Assembly: GCA_001244265.2 (NCBI GenBank) | Contig: CDLV01000009.1 | Span: 1,860,001-1,924,000 of the forward strand | Reading direction: 5' to 3' | Origin: Microbotryum violaceum | Taxonomy: Eukaryota | Length of the DNA: 64,000 bases | Shown: positions 63,897-64,000 of the stretch, piece by piece | Layout: every line of letters begins with the position of its first letter | Numbering within the stretch: position 1 is the stretch's first letter | Position numbers and translations under genes: made by a program | Notes under the pieces: generated by a model | Told to the model about the DNA's origin: nothing | What the model saw: only the letters and a program-made list of their open reading frames with translations | Database searches by the model: none

Positions 63897-64000
63897 GTTT
63901 CGAGAACGAGGATGCGCCGAGAAAGGGCGGCGAACTGCCAGTTGACGATCTGTACCACCTCCTTGAGGCCCTCGATGATGGCATTGGCGCAGGATTGGTC

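Overview
Eukaryotic, intron-rich DNA of a basidiomycete fungus, most likely an anther-smut Microbotryum (inferred from gene content, short GT/GC-AG introns, and a 129-aa/12-Cys secreted protein I recall as resembling the M. lychnidis-dioicae effector candidate MVLG_05720; needs BLAST confirmation). Genes were spliced by hand, so exon edges are approximate. Housekeeping genes: RPD3, UTP5, a GIGYF/Smy2-like GYF protein, NDUFS8, a STYX-like phosphatase, SIN-type cdc14, a Nup49/Nup58-like nucleoporin, a frameshifted GH36/Sip1 glycosidase, ARMC8/Vid28, a PPR protein, ADHFE1 and a head-to-head eIF3m/eIF3f pair. Two features stand out. First, a family of 5-exon small secreted Cys-rich (effector-like) genes at 13.5-24.8 kb (four intact plus one pseudogene), fragmented in the ORF track. 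Second, a transposon-debris island (~33-47 kb) plus the window end (62.9-64 kb) that together hold five long fold-back inverted repeats (arms ~0.1-1.4 kb, spacers ~27-310 bp) built from gag-like and unknown gene fragments. Two of these loci, 25 kb apart, carry the same unknown protein family. This is a candidate hairpin-RNA/siRNA silencing locus or an undescribed fold-back mobile element; no transcription evidence is available here.
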